DNA from: Cirrosporium novae-zelandiae
Lineage: Eukaryota
Assembly: GCA_026023565.1 (NCBI GenBank)
Contig: JAPETS010000019.1
Location: 124,001-188,000, forward strand
DNA: 64,000 nucleotides
Direction of reading: 5' to 3'
The first letter of the stretch is position 1. The number at the start of each line of letters is the position of its first letter. The position numbers and the translations under genes are program-made. Under the pieces are notes generated by a model. The model ran no database searches. It was not told the origin of the DNA and saw only the letters and a list, made by a program, of their open reading frames with translations. Of the stretch, positions 35,201 through 48,267 are shown in pieces.

Positions 35201-38200
35201 AATTGACTGCTCCTCTTCCATGAAATCAAAGCATGCTTCCATATTTGTGAGAAGCTTTGGGGCTTGGCGTCTCTTCTTGAGCTGAGGATAAGTAGAAAAT
35301 AGGGAATCTGAAGGTTGGCTAACTGGATAGAGCCGACATGTAGTTTCTTGGAGACTGTTCCAAAAGGCGTTTCGTAGGATATTCCCCGGATCATTTATGC
35401 TAGACTTCGTAATCGGAAGCTGCTCTGGCCAGAATCGAAACACGTCAGCCCCAACTTTCCTGCCAACCTCATCCAAGAATCCCAAGTAGAGGTTGCAGAG
35501 CGCAGACTCAAGGAGCCATCGGTTCCAACCTGCTCCAAGGGCCTCGGTCGATCCTTCGACCGCTATACTCTGCCTATCCCCAGAAATATAAAATGTGCCA
35601 TGAATTTGAACTGGTAGAGGGGACTGGAAAGGTAAAGGCAATGTTGCAAATATGCGGTAATCTGGTGGTTGATATATAATACAACCCTTTAGGGCTTTAG
35701 ACTTCAACAGACCAGCTATCCCGCACTCTGTAACCTTAGCCGTCCTCTTGTGCTTATGTAGCAAATCAACTGGTACTAATGACGGATCAAACATAGTGCG
35801 CGACCAGCGGTCTTCTATCTCATGACTGATCTGAGGCTGGTCTTGAGAATTGTCAAAAGTTCGGCATGTTATTTTCACCGTCGTAGAAAATTCAGTTTCA
35901 TATTCGTCATCACGGTCGCAAGTAACGGACCACTCTGGCTGTAAACGGCCCCGTACCCTAAAGTCGATGAAACAAATAGTCTTCAAAAAAAGCAGCGATA
36001 TGCGTGCCTCACCAAGTAAGTTTTTCAAATGCTCGTGAGTGCGGACAGTGTCTAAAATCTCAGTACTCTCGGTCAAACTCGTTTCAGTTTTGGGGTTTCT
36101 TAAAGGAAATCGGAATATTGTTCCTTTGTAGTAGTCCTGGTCTAACGAATAGCCCCATAGGCCGTGGAAAGGCTCCAGCTGGTTCGGATGAAGAGCCCGG
36201 ACTTTTGAAAGAGGCAGCTTTATTCCAGGCCTTCGCTGCCGTTTGAAGTAATTCATCTGCAGGTATTTCTGTTGTGGACTTATCGCTAGTTAGGCTTGTG
36301 CCAATTCTATAAAAAGAGAGAACTCACTCAAGTATTATAAGGCTTTCTCCAGAGAGAAGCATTGGAACATCTGTCCAGTGAAACATGGTTTGAGATCCCC
36401 TCCCAAATCTTCCTATTGCCCAAGCATCATCTCGTTTACTACCCCTACCTACCGATTTGAATCCATCAAAGTCTTTCTCCGTAAAGGCTAACATAACGTC
36501 AGTACTCTCAATTTCCCAAGGGTACCCCAATTGAGACTACTCACTTCCATTATTGTGGGCGAACAACGCAGGCCCCTGAAAGCCACCAAGTTGTGGGCTT
36601 AGTAAATTTTCTTGGGGGTGTTGGCCTTTATCTATGAGCCAATTTATTTCTGTAGCACTTCCACAGTCATCTGCATTGGCGAGAAACTCTTTGAATGTAG
36701 TATCACATGGGTAGCGTTCCAATGTATCCGCAATACCTGTAGTTACTTCTTCCTTTTGGTCGAACTCTTCGTCATCGTCGATGTCATCGAGGCCAAGCTC
36801 GCCCCTCTGTACGCGTTCGCTAAGAGGTTCAATATGCAACTTCTTTGCGACACTTTTTGGGATATCTCTATGTGTGAGGTATATTTCTTTAATACCATTC
36901 GTAGTTGTTGGGCCTAAATCCGGAAAGGAAACATCTTGTCTGGGCCTCAATATCCCTTCCTCGGTGATTATCTTCAAATCTTTTTGATCACCAGATAGAT
37001 GGCTTGCTTGTCGGAGAATTTCGACAGCAACGGAAGCGTCAACATCTGATAATTTCTGGCCGTTATCAAGTTCTCTTTGCACCATGAGAAGATCTTCTAT
37101 GGTTGGCTTCTCATGAACCCCTAGCTCGACGAGAAGAGGCTTAAAGCTTTCTAAAAAGCTCCCGTCAACGTCGTAGAGATATGGACTTAGCAAATGACAT
37201 GACCTGTAAAACACACGATGAGGAATGACCAAGACGCCTTTTTGTGTCCGGATGCAGTTCAGCGTCTTAAGAACACCAATAAATGAGGACACCTCACAAC
37301 TCTCTCGGATATATTTCAGCACTGATTCAACCACAGAGAGATCGTTCTGTTGAATTCCATACTGCAGTTGTCTCAATAATAAATTTTTGTCCAATGGTTG
37401 ATCCCAACCTAAAAACTGTCGCCATTCAAGAGACACATAAATGTCCAGGGTTGGCAAGACATAACCGATTACCGACCGATCTACCAAATCACGACATTGG
37501 AAAGAGCTTAATAGATATGTTGATAGGGTTCCGGGAGTATTGGTAGAACTTTTACTTTCCTGGGAATTCTTTACAGGAAGCCATTGAAGTTCTCGGAGTT
37601 CACGAATATTCGGGAAGTCGTCCAATGAACGCCAGCATGGGCGAAATTGTAGCAAGGCAAGAGCAGCGGAGGCAACAAGATCGATCGAATGATAGCCATT
37701 GGCATAAGCCCTTATCCGATTTATCATGAGATCAACATCAAGCGTAGACTTCAGCCCACAGTGTGAAAGAACAACATGGAATTCATCGTAATACTCTTTC
37801 CATGGTAAAAAGTCTTCGTCCTCGAAGAATAGACCGTGGATATTAGAAGTCGGTGCAACGAGGGTGTTCGCAGGAGCACACCTTAACTTTTTTTCCGAGC
37901 CAAAATGCTTAGCCTTCACGGGAACAATATCTAAAGGCATTACTCGCTGCTGGACGGAAGGAGAAAGGCGAAAGAAATGGCGAAAAACAAGCCTGAGAAT
38001 CTTTTCCTGATCTTGCTTGGAGAATTCATCATAGTTATGCCCAGCCAGTGCAGGAACAATGAACCTTCCAATAATCTCTTCGATCGAAAGGCACTCGGCA
38101 AGTTTAAGAACACGAACCATATTTTGGTGTTGAGGAGGTACATATATGAAAATCGCATGGTGATTATCGGGCACAAGGACTTCATTTTTGAGGGCAACAT

Positions 38201-41051
38201 AAGTGCAAGGTGAATCAAGACTAGTTAGGGTTCTTTGAAGCGTCCTACACCAGAAGACAACAATTAATAATATATAAAAAGCGCAAGAACGTAGGACTTA
38301 CAAGCTATCATTTACTTTCTTCCAAGACATTCGCTCGAAAAGTTTAAGCTTTTGTAACGGAGGTTTAAGAAGAGCCAAATCCTTGGGAGGGTACGACCAA
38401 TAGCAGCCGTTAACAATGTCTAATAACTCCTCTCGAAATCCCTTTTGTCCGATATCAAGATTACATTCGGACACAGAGAGCCACTGTATTAGTGATATGA
38501 GGTTCCCCATATCTTTAATAACAAAATTTGGTTCCTTCAGGGCCCATTTTGTTAATATTTGAATAGAGCCGGAGGCGCTAAATGCTTCTACCGACAGCAA
38601 TTTCGCATTTGGAACTACGTCATCAGCCAGGGATCGCTTCACGAATGACCCAACCGTTCCGAGAGATGCATAAACAACTAAAGAAGCAGGATTTTGTGGG
38701 CAGAGCTTCCGATGCTCAAGGCCTCCTGATATCGGCACCAGCCACAAAGATGATAGAGGTCCTCCGGCCGTAAGTGGAATGCTATTGTGGCCGATCCAAA
38801 TCCATGCCAGCTTCACAAATTCCGCCGCATCTTGCTGAAGAGTTATGAAATCCGTGTTCTGATAGTCCTTGAACCAAGTATGTTGGCAGTAACCGCCAAA
38901 ATCTTGAGCGCCTCGGAAGCATAGAGAGCCTACTGAGGAGTCCTCAGCAAGCTTATCAAGAACGGTTCGAGATATAGCAGAAATTCGACTCCGGTCGATA
39001 TTTCGATCAAGCTCTTTGGAGAAAAGCTGGTGTTCTAGAGCATTGTCACCAGGTCGATGGATAAAAGCTCTATGGTCAACAAACGATCTATAGACACCAT
39101 CCTCGAAAGGAAATATTGCAATTCCCCGGAGGTCGTCAGCGATTTCTCCAAACTTTGCTCTCAGGATGTAATCCAAAAGTGTCTGTTTAGCCTCTGCTGA
39201 GATGTGGGCCAGGTCAATAGAACGAAGATGACGTAGTACTGCGCGCGGGTTTATATGACGCTGGGGGAAAGCATATGTCACCTGGTCCCGCAGTGAATTA
39301 GGAACATAAACAACAGGAAGTTTAATGTCGCTAAGGGCCCTTTTTAAGAGGTCGGATTCCCTTCCAGTTGACAGAAATCCTTCTTCGAGATGTACATAGC
39401 CAAAGTCATGGGCAGGCCAGACCTGGAGATGTTCTTGAGTAACGAATTTTATGACCTTTTCACAAATATTATGAAAAAGTCCTCCACGCCCGGTGCAGTC
39501 CTGAGGCCAATTATTAAATGTAAAATCCCCCGGCTGGATCAGTCGTAATAAATCGAGAAGTTTTCCCCATGCCTTTGGAACAACGACTTCAATCAGCTCA
39601 GTGTTCCATCTGCCAGGTATCTTGTCTTGAATACTTTGATCAACAAGTTGATGTAAGTGGGATCGGTCCGTAGAGACACTGAAAATACCATGAATATGGA
39701 CGGGTTGATTGGTTGGGATATTCAGTGGCATAACAGTGAAAAGATCTCCGCATTCGATATTGCCATTAAATCCCTGGATAAAAAAACAAAAATTAATAAT
39801 TGTCCAATTTCTATATATTAGGTAATGAACCAGGGGGCTGTCATTAATGATATGCTAGAGAACCTTGAGAAATAGAACACTTCTGCTTACCGGAAGGAGT
39901 GCCGCGACCGCAACCCAAGGCAACACTTTGTTCTTTTGGCGCCAAGTATCCAGCTCATCATTGCTCAGACTACCTTCAAGCTGATGTTGCACAGCAAACT
40001 GAAAGAGGTCCTTTGAAGATTTCATTCTCTGTTCGATATCAATCTGAAAGCCAATGCTAAATGGCCTGTTCCCGCTAGATGAAGTTCTCAATGATTTGTT
40101 CAATGCCCCCTTGTGTCTATCAAGGTCAGGTAAAACATTCCATTAGGATACTGTTATTTTATCTCACTTACCGCTTAACATCATCTCCGTTTACAACACT
40201 GACTTCAACAAGAACGTCATTGTTCGTAATCAAAGTAACCTTTTCAATGCTTTTCGTAAACAACAAGCTGCGTGATAGTTCGGAAGCAAAGGCCTGGAAG
40301 GTCTCTTCCACTTCATTGACCGAAGTTACACGGTCAGAAATCTGACTTGTTTTGGCTTGGTCCTCTGTCCGTAGAGGCAGACGGATTACCGTTCCATTAA
40401 AGCCTTCATCCCATTTGGCATTGATTGGTGAGAATGCTTCTAAGTGTGCCTTCATCTCAGGGTCGTCGGAATCGGCGACAAAGTCATAGACTGGACCTCC
40501 AGGTTCGCCATGTTTTCCTGACCATGCATGATGGGGATCGAGGATCAAGAAGGAATTCCCCGAAACAATTGATGGAGAATCAGTCCAGTTATAGACCTAT
40601 GACTTATCAGCCTAAAATAATAAAAAAGCGTGGAGCCAATTGGAATATAATACTCACCGAGTTAAAGCCACGACCAAATTTTCCTGTGGTATATGCATCG
40701 TCTGCTTTACAGGAATCTCCGATTCGCGATAACGAATCAAAATCTGTTTCCTTGAAAAGGGCATCGTTGAACGCCAAGAGAGCAGGGCCTTGATACTGAG
40801 CAAGATCAGAGTCAAGCAAAGGTGCGGTGGCGTAACTCTGCTTATCAAGGACGTATTTCTATACCAGTGATCAATTTCTAGCTGAGAGATTTCAAAGAAA
40901 AGCTTACCACAACAGTTGCACCAGCATCATCTGCGTTCTGCAGAAGTTCTCGCAATATCCCTCCTCCAGCAGGATAGTCTTTGCATATATTTCGAAGTGT
41001 AGTGGTTATTCTTTGAGACTGGGGTTTATTAAATCGAGGCTTGGGCGCCAT
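32246..41051 (-). CDS. Sacsin-like protein (two SRR/GHKL HATPase repeats) with C-terminal BTB/POZ domain, roughly 2,700 aa
   Basis: ATG 41051 gives 'LRNICKDYPAGGGILRELLQNADDAGA', 'QGPALLAFND', 'TGKFGRGFNS', 'GTVIRLPLR', 'PVHIHGIF'. Second repeat: 'KEFLANADD', 'IGRFGRGSQ', 'GTIFRFPLR', 'PVQIHGTF'. C-terminal BTB: 'DIKLLPEGREIGAHKLILASVSGYWKTRFTGPW'. About 8 introns. Confidence 0.88.
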
Positions 41052-42963
41052 TTTTTTTATATTTCTTATGCTGAGAACAGGTGAGATATAAGGTAGCTCG
41101 GGCAGAGAATCAGAGGTGTCTACCTAGGTACGTAGGTAATCAATCGGCAGCAAATCACGGTTGTGGGACAGTAGATATTGAACTCTTGAGGTATTAGCGA
41201 GTAGGGTATTTAAGGGAAAATAAAATAGGGATTAGGGGTAGAGTATGTAGGGAGAAGTGAGGAAAGGCTAGGTCATATATACCCAGGTTCCTAGATAAGC
41301 ACAAGTCAAACAAGGCCTAATCCAATACTACAAGTATAACGGGGCTATCCAATATGAGATAATTAAGAAGCTATTGGTGTGGTATCAAGTTCAAGTGAGG
41401 TCAAAGCTGACTCTGCCGCTCAGGAATGTAGACAACCTCAAACCTCAGGTCTGCAAGGCTTTCAGCACTGTTCATCCAATTTGACCATAGACAAGCACGT
41501 CTGATACTGTTCCAAGAGCCTCTCACTGCTGCGCCGTATTTTAAGCGGCTGCTCTTACACAGAGCCCTAGATAACGGATCTCATCAACACTCATATTAGG
41601 CGGTTAGAAGAGGCTGAGTCCATTTGTTCGCGGCACAGCACATGGCACCGCAGAGGCAACGGGATTGTATTTGTTTATTGGTTAATCCATGGAATTGATG
41701 CTTGCTATTAAGATAAGGATGATTTTTGAGAAGATGAAAATGTACACAGTGTTCTGGCTGTCGTAGTAACGTTATTCATAATCTCTTGGCTTCCTGGCTT
41801 CTTTATAACGTCATGCCTGAGGCGACAGGGGAATGCCGTACCCTAAAATTCACCATTCTCAAATACACTAATTACTTCCCCAATCACAACTAACTAATAA
41901 ATCTTTTTCTTTTATAACCTCAAATTATCGTCGCCCCTTCAACTAATTTCATTTTCTAAATAATGAGATGATGAAGATAGTATGCTTTTGAGTGATGTGA
42001 CAATAGCTGTAAGGTTCCCTAATTTATGTACAGTACAGTACAAACTTTTCTTTTAGTCTATGTTGAGATTGAGTTAATTTTCATTGAACCTTAGCTCCTT
42101 TCTAAAATTATCTATTCGTCGCTATCTTCTTTAAGAAACAAATTGCAGGCACATGGTGATATACCTGCGAGGAATATTTCATGAAGGTAAGCTTCATAAA
42201 GCACAATCTATAATTGATATTTAGTTCGAATATCAGATCCAAAGAACGGTAGGGCGGGATGAGGGTAGAATGGTTAAGTTTGCTTGAATAAATAGGAGGG
42301 AGGACCGTTAAGTTTTTGTGGAAGAGAATGAGGAAGAGAATTTGGCTTGGTTGAAATATAAAGAGGAATAAGATCTGAGATCACTTAAATAAAATCTTGG
42401 TGGGGTCTAAAGTTTCCGTATTCTGACGCAAGACGGTGTCGTTGCCTAATTCCTATTGTTTGTGGTGTTTTTTTGAGGATGACCTTGTTACTGGAAGACA
42501 AGGGGCGTGATGGCAGGTTGAAAGGCCCTCCACATAAGTAGGCACATGCGGGTATTAAAATCTAGATATATGGTGCACAGTTAATATGGGCTCTTCTGTA
42601 TTATTAACATCATTGTGCTGCGATCTCATCTTTTTTCCCCGAGTCATAAGCCGTGACTTAACCTCGATGAAGAAAAGGGGTTCATTATCTTCGCCCGAGA
42701 TTAAGTACTATAGATGGATTTTTGTGGCTACTGTGCTTCTTCATCAATTTAGGGAAGGATAAAGCAAACCAAAAAGATGGGAGTATTTCTACTCATGCCT
42801 CCTTTAGGTTGGATAGCTTATCACTTAATAGTTCAACCCTAGTTCGGAACCAAGCCTTTAGAGATGCCTTTTCAACGCTCGAAGAAGAGAATGATATTAA
42901 ATTTGTGATATCCCCGCCAAAGCACACATCAGTGAGAATAAAATGGCACACCGCTATCCCTCT

Positions 42964-44758
42964 TTAATTCCAATGATGTCTAACCAATGGATCATATGTG
43001 TCATTCCCATATGCATCCCCTCCATACGTCAAATATCCCTGATCAGCCGGGTCTGACTGCCCCAGAATCTGTTCCCGAGTCCCCATTACCCACACCGTTT
43101 GCATGCCCATAATCATGTGTTGTAGAATATGGCAATGCACCATCCACACACCCGCGTCCTGTACTCGTACCCGAAATGCGCGCCATCCCATGACTGTCCC
43201 AGGGGTCGCTGCCTCAACATAGTGATATAGGACGGAAGTATCGCGTTTTATAGGAGTTGCGTTTAAGAGGTATGCTTCATTAGCAACAGGATCGTATGTT
43301 CCATTTCCAGAGCCAAGGTCATATGGATGGCCTCCGTGGAAGTGAAAGGGGTGGGTGTCATAGCCCCCGCTACTGGCTGCACCATTGATAAACACTATTT
43401 CTAACACCTCGCCTAGTTTGGCGGGGAATGTGCGGGTGGCTCCGTCTAGACCCCCGTTCGACATGGCACGATCGTAAGCGGCTTCGGTATCATATTTATA
43501 TTCGTAAAGTTCCACAAGATAGGGGACCGAAGGGAAAGTTTCCATCCATGGAACGCCATCATCCTCCCAGATCAAAGTGCCATTCGAGTTCTGGAATTGT
43601 TGGACGTAGATAGTTATACGACGGGTAACTTCTGCGAGGGTTGGGAAATCGGCATCAGTCTGGGGATCCAGGGAGCTCAGTTCATGGTCGAGGAAACCAT
43701 AAATAGTATCAGGTAAACTGAGCGGTGCAGGGTTGGGATAGACGTAGATGGAAGGAGTATTTGGAAGATAGTTGAGTATGGCAAACGAAGTTGTAACGGT
43801 GGGTCGATCGCGCGTTTCTAGTTGCATGTAGTATTGCTGCGTAGTGCTGTTTTGAAGTTCACTAAGTGTTTTTGTTTTTAGGAGGACGCTGAAGCGCTGG
43901 CCGGTTGCAATTTGCAGAAGCTCTACGTCGTACGGTTTGGTATATGCCCCGTCTACCTCGATAACAGTGAAACTATGAGATTCAATGCCAAGGGCGACAA
44001 AGGACAACGCCGTCCCCCCGATGAATCGTAAACGATAAGTCTTGCCTGGATCAACATTGATTGCAGCTAGTGCACAAGAGCTGGAATTGGCTGTAGCATT
44101 CGCTGTGCGACCCAAGCCGTTTACAAGCACATTTTCCGATTCTCCGCTCCACATAAAGTTCGGCGATAGCAACCCAGATTCAACCTCTTCATCGGTTTTG
44201 GAAAAGAAATCTCCTAGATGAAGAATGCGCTCATCGTCATATGAGTACGGAGGTGAATTCAGATCTTCAACAATCAATGCCCCTGACGCAGAAACGGCTT
44301 GGAAGCCAACGTGAGAATGGTAGAAGTATGTCCCCGAAGAACTATTGTCCGGATGGAGTTCATAATCGAAGAAATGTCCTGGTGCAATGGGCCATTGACT
44401 TGCGGCTGGTGTGCCATCTGAGAATGGCGCCACCATAGCAGTCAAGCCATGCCAATGCTATTGAGATTAGTTATGCATTGATATAAAAGCTTAGTAGAGG
44501 TCACTATACCACTGTCGCATTATCCACATCCATATCATTGTAGATGCGAATCCATGTTGTTTGACCTGGAGCAAGCCTAAGCTCCGGACCTGGCGATGTA
44601 CCGTTGATGAGAACAGAGTATCGATTAGCGCATGACTGCGCATAATTCGCGGCTGTCAGACGGAGAATGTAATCTGGATTGAAAGAGGAATCATGCCGAT
44701 ACGAATCAGCGAGAACGAATGTAATAAGACAGCAAGTGGTAAGAATGAAGGTGGTCAT
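42964..44758 (-). CDS. Secreted multicopper oxidase (AA1, ascorbate-oxidase-like laccase)
   Basis: Signal peptide 'MTTFILTTCCLITFVLA'. All four Cu motifs present: HWHG (just after the intron), YFYHSH, HPFHFHG, HCHILQHMIMGM. Confidence 0.95.
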
Positions 44759-45725
44759 CTTGGAAGGTATGACTTTTAACGCAGGCCCCCAGCAAGCCAT
44801 TGTATCTTTAGTCATACTCACGTGAATAGAGAATTCCAAGGAGATAGAAATATAATTAATATTGAATCAGTTTTGTATTGGCGATTAGTTTCAAAAAAAA
44901 AAACAAGGAAAAACGTCTACACATAGCATTATATGGGACCAGGGTTCATGGATTCGCGTCTTGGTCTTACAGTTCCCAAGTACATAGACCTGGGTCTCCA
45001 GGACCACGGTCGTCAGCTGTAATAGTAATAGAATCTAAGGCGGCTCTGATCCTGCAATCCATCAAAATGATAAATGATGTGAATTCGTCGAAAAAAGGTT
45101 CAAGGAGAGTTGTTCATATTAACGCCGAGACAAAGAATAGTCTTGGACTGCATTGCGGGACAAATGCATAACAACACATCGAAAAGGGCGCCGCTGACGT
45201 GAGATCCTGAACCACAATTACCTAACATTTCCAAAGCGTCGTGTCTGTTGAGTTATCAAAAAACTCAAAGGTGAGATAAGCATCGAAACTGTCGATCCAA
45301 TTTCACTGTCACGACTGTCTAACTATCTTCTAGTTAATAGAAACATGTTGAATTTAAATATTTGAAGGATGAACCTTGGAAGTTGGTATCGTGGTCTGTA
45401 ATTTTGTACTGTGTATTGTACGTACCTTCAGTATTAAAACCTTCAACCTGTCGACCGATCGAGTATGGCCGACGGTGCTAACTGAGTCAGGTCGTCAAAT
45501 CAGTCCCCTCCTCGACCAACCCTATTTCCGTCAATCACCTGTACTGAAATGGTACTTTGTGCATTTTCGTCATATTCAAAGACAACTATGGTCAACTAGC
45601 TACAATGTATCGGTGGAAGTTATATCATAGTCTCAAAATCAGAGCTGCGTAAATGGTCAACACTTGAGGATCCAGAAAATTCCAGAGGTCAGCCCCCAAT
45701 TTCACCTCTATTTTTCATCACATGG

Positions 45726-47662
45726 CTACTTATACTCCTCCATAAATTTCCTATGGAACTTCGAAATCCTCTCGACCCATTCAGTCCCGCCTGGTAAGAA
45801 GGTCGTTCGAAAGTGCCATGTTCCGTCCTTTTGACCAAACCCACTCCCGGGAACCGTGCAAATGCCCGTTCCTTCTAACATCCTTAAGCAATAGAATTCA
45901 TCAGGCTTTCGGCCTTCTTTGGTGGCAGCCTCGCACGCTTTCGGAGGAATGCGGATAGTAGGGAAGAGGTACATTGCTCCCTGTGGGTCCTGGCATTCGA
46001 TATTTGGGAGAGATGTGAAAACTTTGTGCAACGCTTTCGCACGACTTTCTAGGCCATAGTAAATGGTATCGTATTCCTTTTTGTACAAGTCGTAGGATTG
46101 CGAACCATTTCGAGGGGGGTTTACCATCAAGTCAACAAGGCATTGGGCGACCACCGGTGGGCACAATTGGATACTAACAAATTTGTTGATTTGGGCAGCG
46201 ACTTCGGGGTCAAACCCTACAAGCTCGAAGTAACCGCCACGGTGACCGCATTCCCCAACCATACCCTTAGAAGTCGAATGAAATGAAACAAGTTCGATAT
46301 TGTCAAACTTGCCTGAGTTTGAAGAATCAGACTGAAGATCGCGAAGTACCTTCTTGAAAGAGGTCCATTTGGCGGGGGCAAAAACGTTGGTTTGATAGAC
46401 TTCATCAGCCATAACTACAAGGCGTTCTTCAGCCGCAATATCAAATGCTGATTTCATGTCCTCGGGTGACAAAGATGCACCAGTAGGATTTCCTGGATTG
46501 ATGATGACCATTGCGCGGACATCGGTGCCACTTTTCTTGGCTTCTGCCAAAGAAGATTTAATATCCGAGATAGAGGTGCTCCATGAATTGGATTCGTCGA
46601 GATAGTAAGGTACGCAACGAGCATTGAGGACAGAAAGAGTAGCAGTGTAGAGTGGATATTGGGGGATTGGAACAAGGACACCAGTGGAAGAAGAAGCACA
46701 GATAACATTCATGAGTGTGTTGACTCCAGAGGAAGCACCTGCAGTAAGATAAATATCGTGGGGAGCTGAGGGGTATCCATCACGCTCTTTTAGAAAGTTT
46801 GCGACTGTTTGTCGGATGAATGGTACACCCTGCGAAACCGAGTATGCGCCTATTGAGTGGACCTCGGCGAGGAGCTTTTGAGCTCGTGATATGACATCAG
46901 GAGGATAGTTGAAAATGGAGGTGAGAGCTTCAGAATTCTCAAGAAGATGAGGATTTTCCAGCAATGAAAGGACTTGTCGGAAGAAGGTGATGGGCTTCTG
47001 GTCTAGTTGCTGCGGGTTTCCAATATTGGCAAAAATGACATCCTTAAAGGGAAGAGGAGACTTCTCGTCGGGAGGAGTGGGAGGACGCTTTTCTGAGCTT
47101 TGAGTAAGTCGTACGCGATATTCCTCTGCACGAGTAGCTAGTTCACCGCGAACCGCATACTTGGCTGCCTTGACGTGAGGATTGATATTGTGAATGGAGA
47201 GGCTGCAAGTGGGAGTTGTAGTTGACATAGTGTGGAAAGTTGGGGGAGTTGAACTTGGCTTCAGTCGGTCTATAATGGATATCAATGACGGAAACACATG
47301 AAAAAAGGAGGAAGAAGTCTCAGGGAAGAGATATAAGTCAAAAGTTTCAGAAAGTCAAAATTTTCAAAATTTCTGGTGAACGTATCATCTGAGGCAGGCA
47401 CTATTTGCTAGTCAAGTACGCAAGGCGGCTATGCAGGCACGCGCATAAATTATTTGTCTATTTCCCGATTTCGGAGCAATAGAATGACAATAAAGGTTGA
47501 AGATGATTTAAATGAATCCTTACATGAATTTGACAATGTCCGAATACTCGAGAGTAACAAAGGATTCCTAGTAGTAGTAGTGGTAGAACAACAAGCCTGA
47601 TGGAGACTGCGCTGAAAGACTTCTGCCCTGCCCAGAAGGGATGACGCATACAAAATAGCCAT
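45726..47662 (-). CDS. ALT1: Alanine aminotransferase with an upstream exon encoding a probable mitochondrial presequence
   Basis: 'AKYAVRGEL', 'ANIGNPQQL', 'IPQYPLY', 'INPGNPTG', 'ADEVYQ', 'HSTSKG..GECGHRGG' (PLP lysine), 'VPGSGFGQ'. Exon 47662-47524 splices in frame to 47269. Second ATG at 47228. Confidence 0.93.
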
Positions 47663-48267
47663 GGTGGGGGGGGTGGAGGGGCACAATATGTACCACAGTC
47701 TCCCTCCTCTACTTCCTTTCCTCCCTTGCACAGTGTGACTCAATTGGCAGTGTTTCTTTTCTTCAAAAGAAAAGAAACCGGGGCGTAACCAGGACGGATT
47801 CCGATCTCGAGGTCGAAGGGAGCGATGGTCTGACTGTCGATGATTCGTTCTCTTGGTACTTGCGGTTGGCAACGGGATTGCTCGTGCTGCCTTTTGGACG
47901 AGGAGAGTGGGCCAGGAAACGAGCAAAGACCAAATTGTGCGGATGAGCAAGAAGGAAAACCATGGGGGTGGTCGTTAGTCTCGGGGCTAGTGACCCCACC
48001 AGTGCGACCAAGTGACCGCCTAACTCTTAACGAAATGGTAATCCGTGGGGGATCTGAGGGGGCATCGGGGGCATCCCGTTAATTTTCCATCAACTACATG
48101 CCTTTCTAATTATTACTGTGTACATGTCACATTGCGGCAAAATGGGATCCTTCTTCTTCTTCTCGACACGACGCCTTCTTTATGCGGCTATCATACATCG
48201 CAGAAGCTATAATCTTTGCCGCCTAATGCCTCTACGGTTCCTTTTCTATCTCATCTCTCATCATCCT

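Noticed and set aside
7263..44758. Secondary-metabolite gene cluster (oxygenases, laccase, dioxygenase)
   Set aside because: No PKS, NRPS, terpene synthase or repeat-peptide precursor in the window.
1..45000. Starship or other large mobile element carrying the accessory genes
   Set aside because: No tyrosine-recombinase captain, transposase, reverse transcriptase or terminal repeats seen, and the conserved LSB5 gene sits inside the region.
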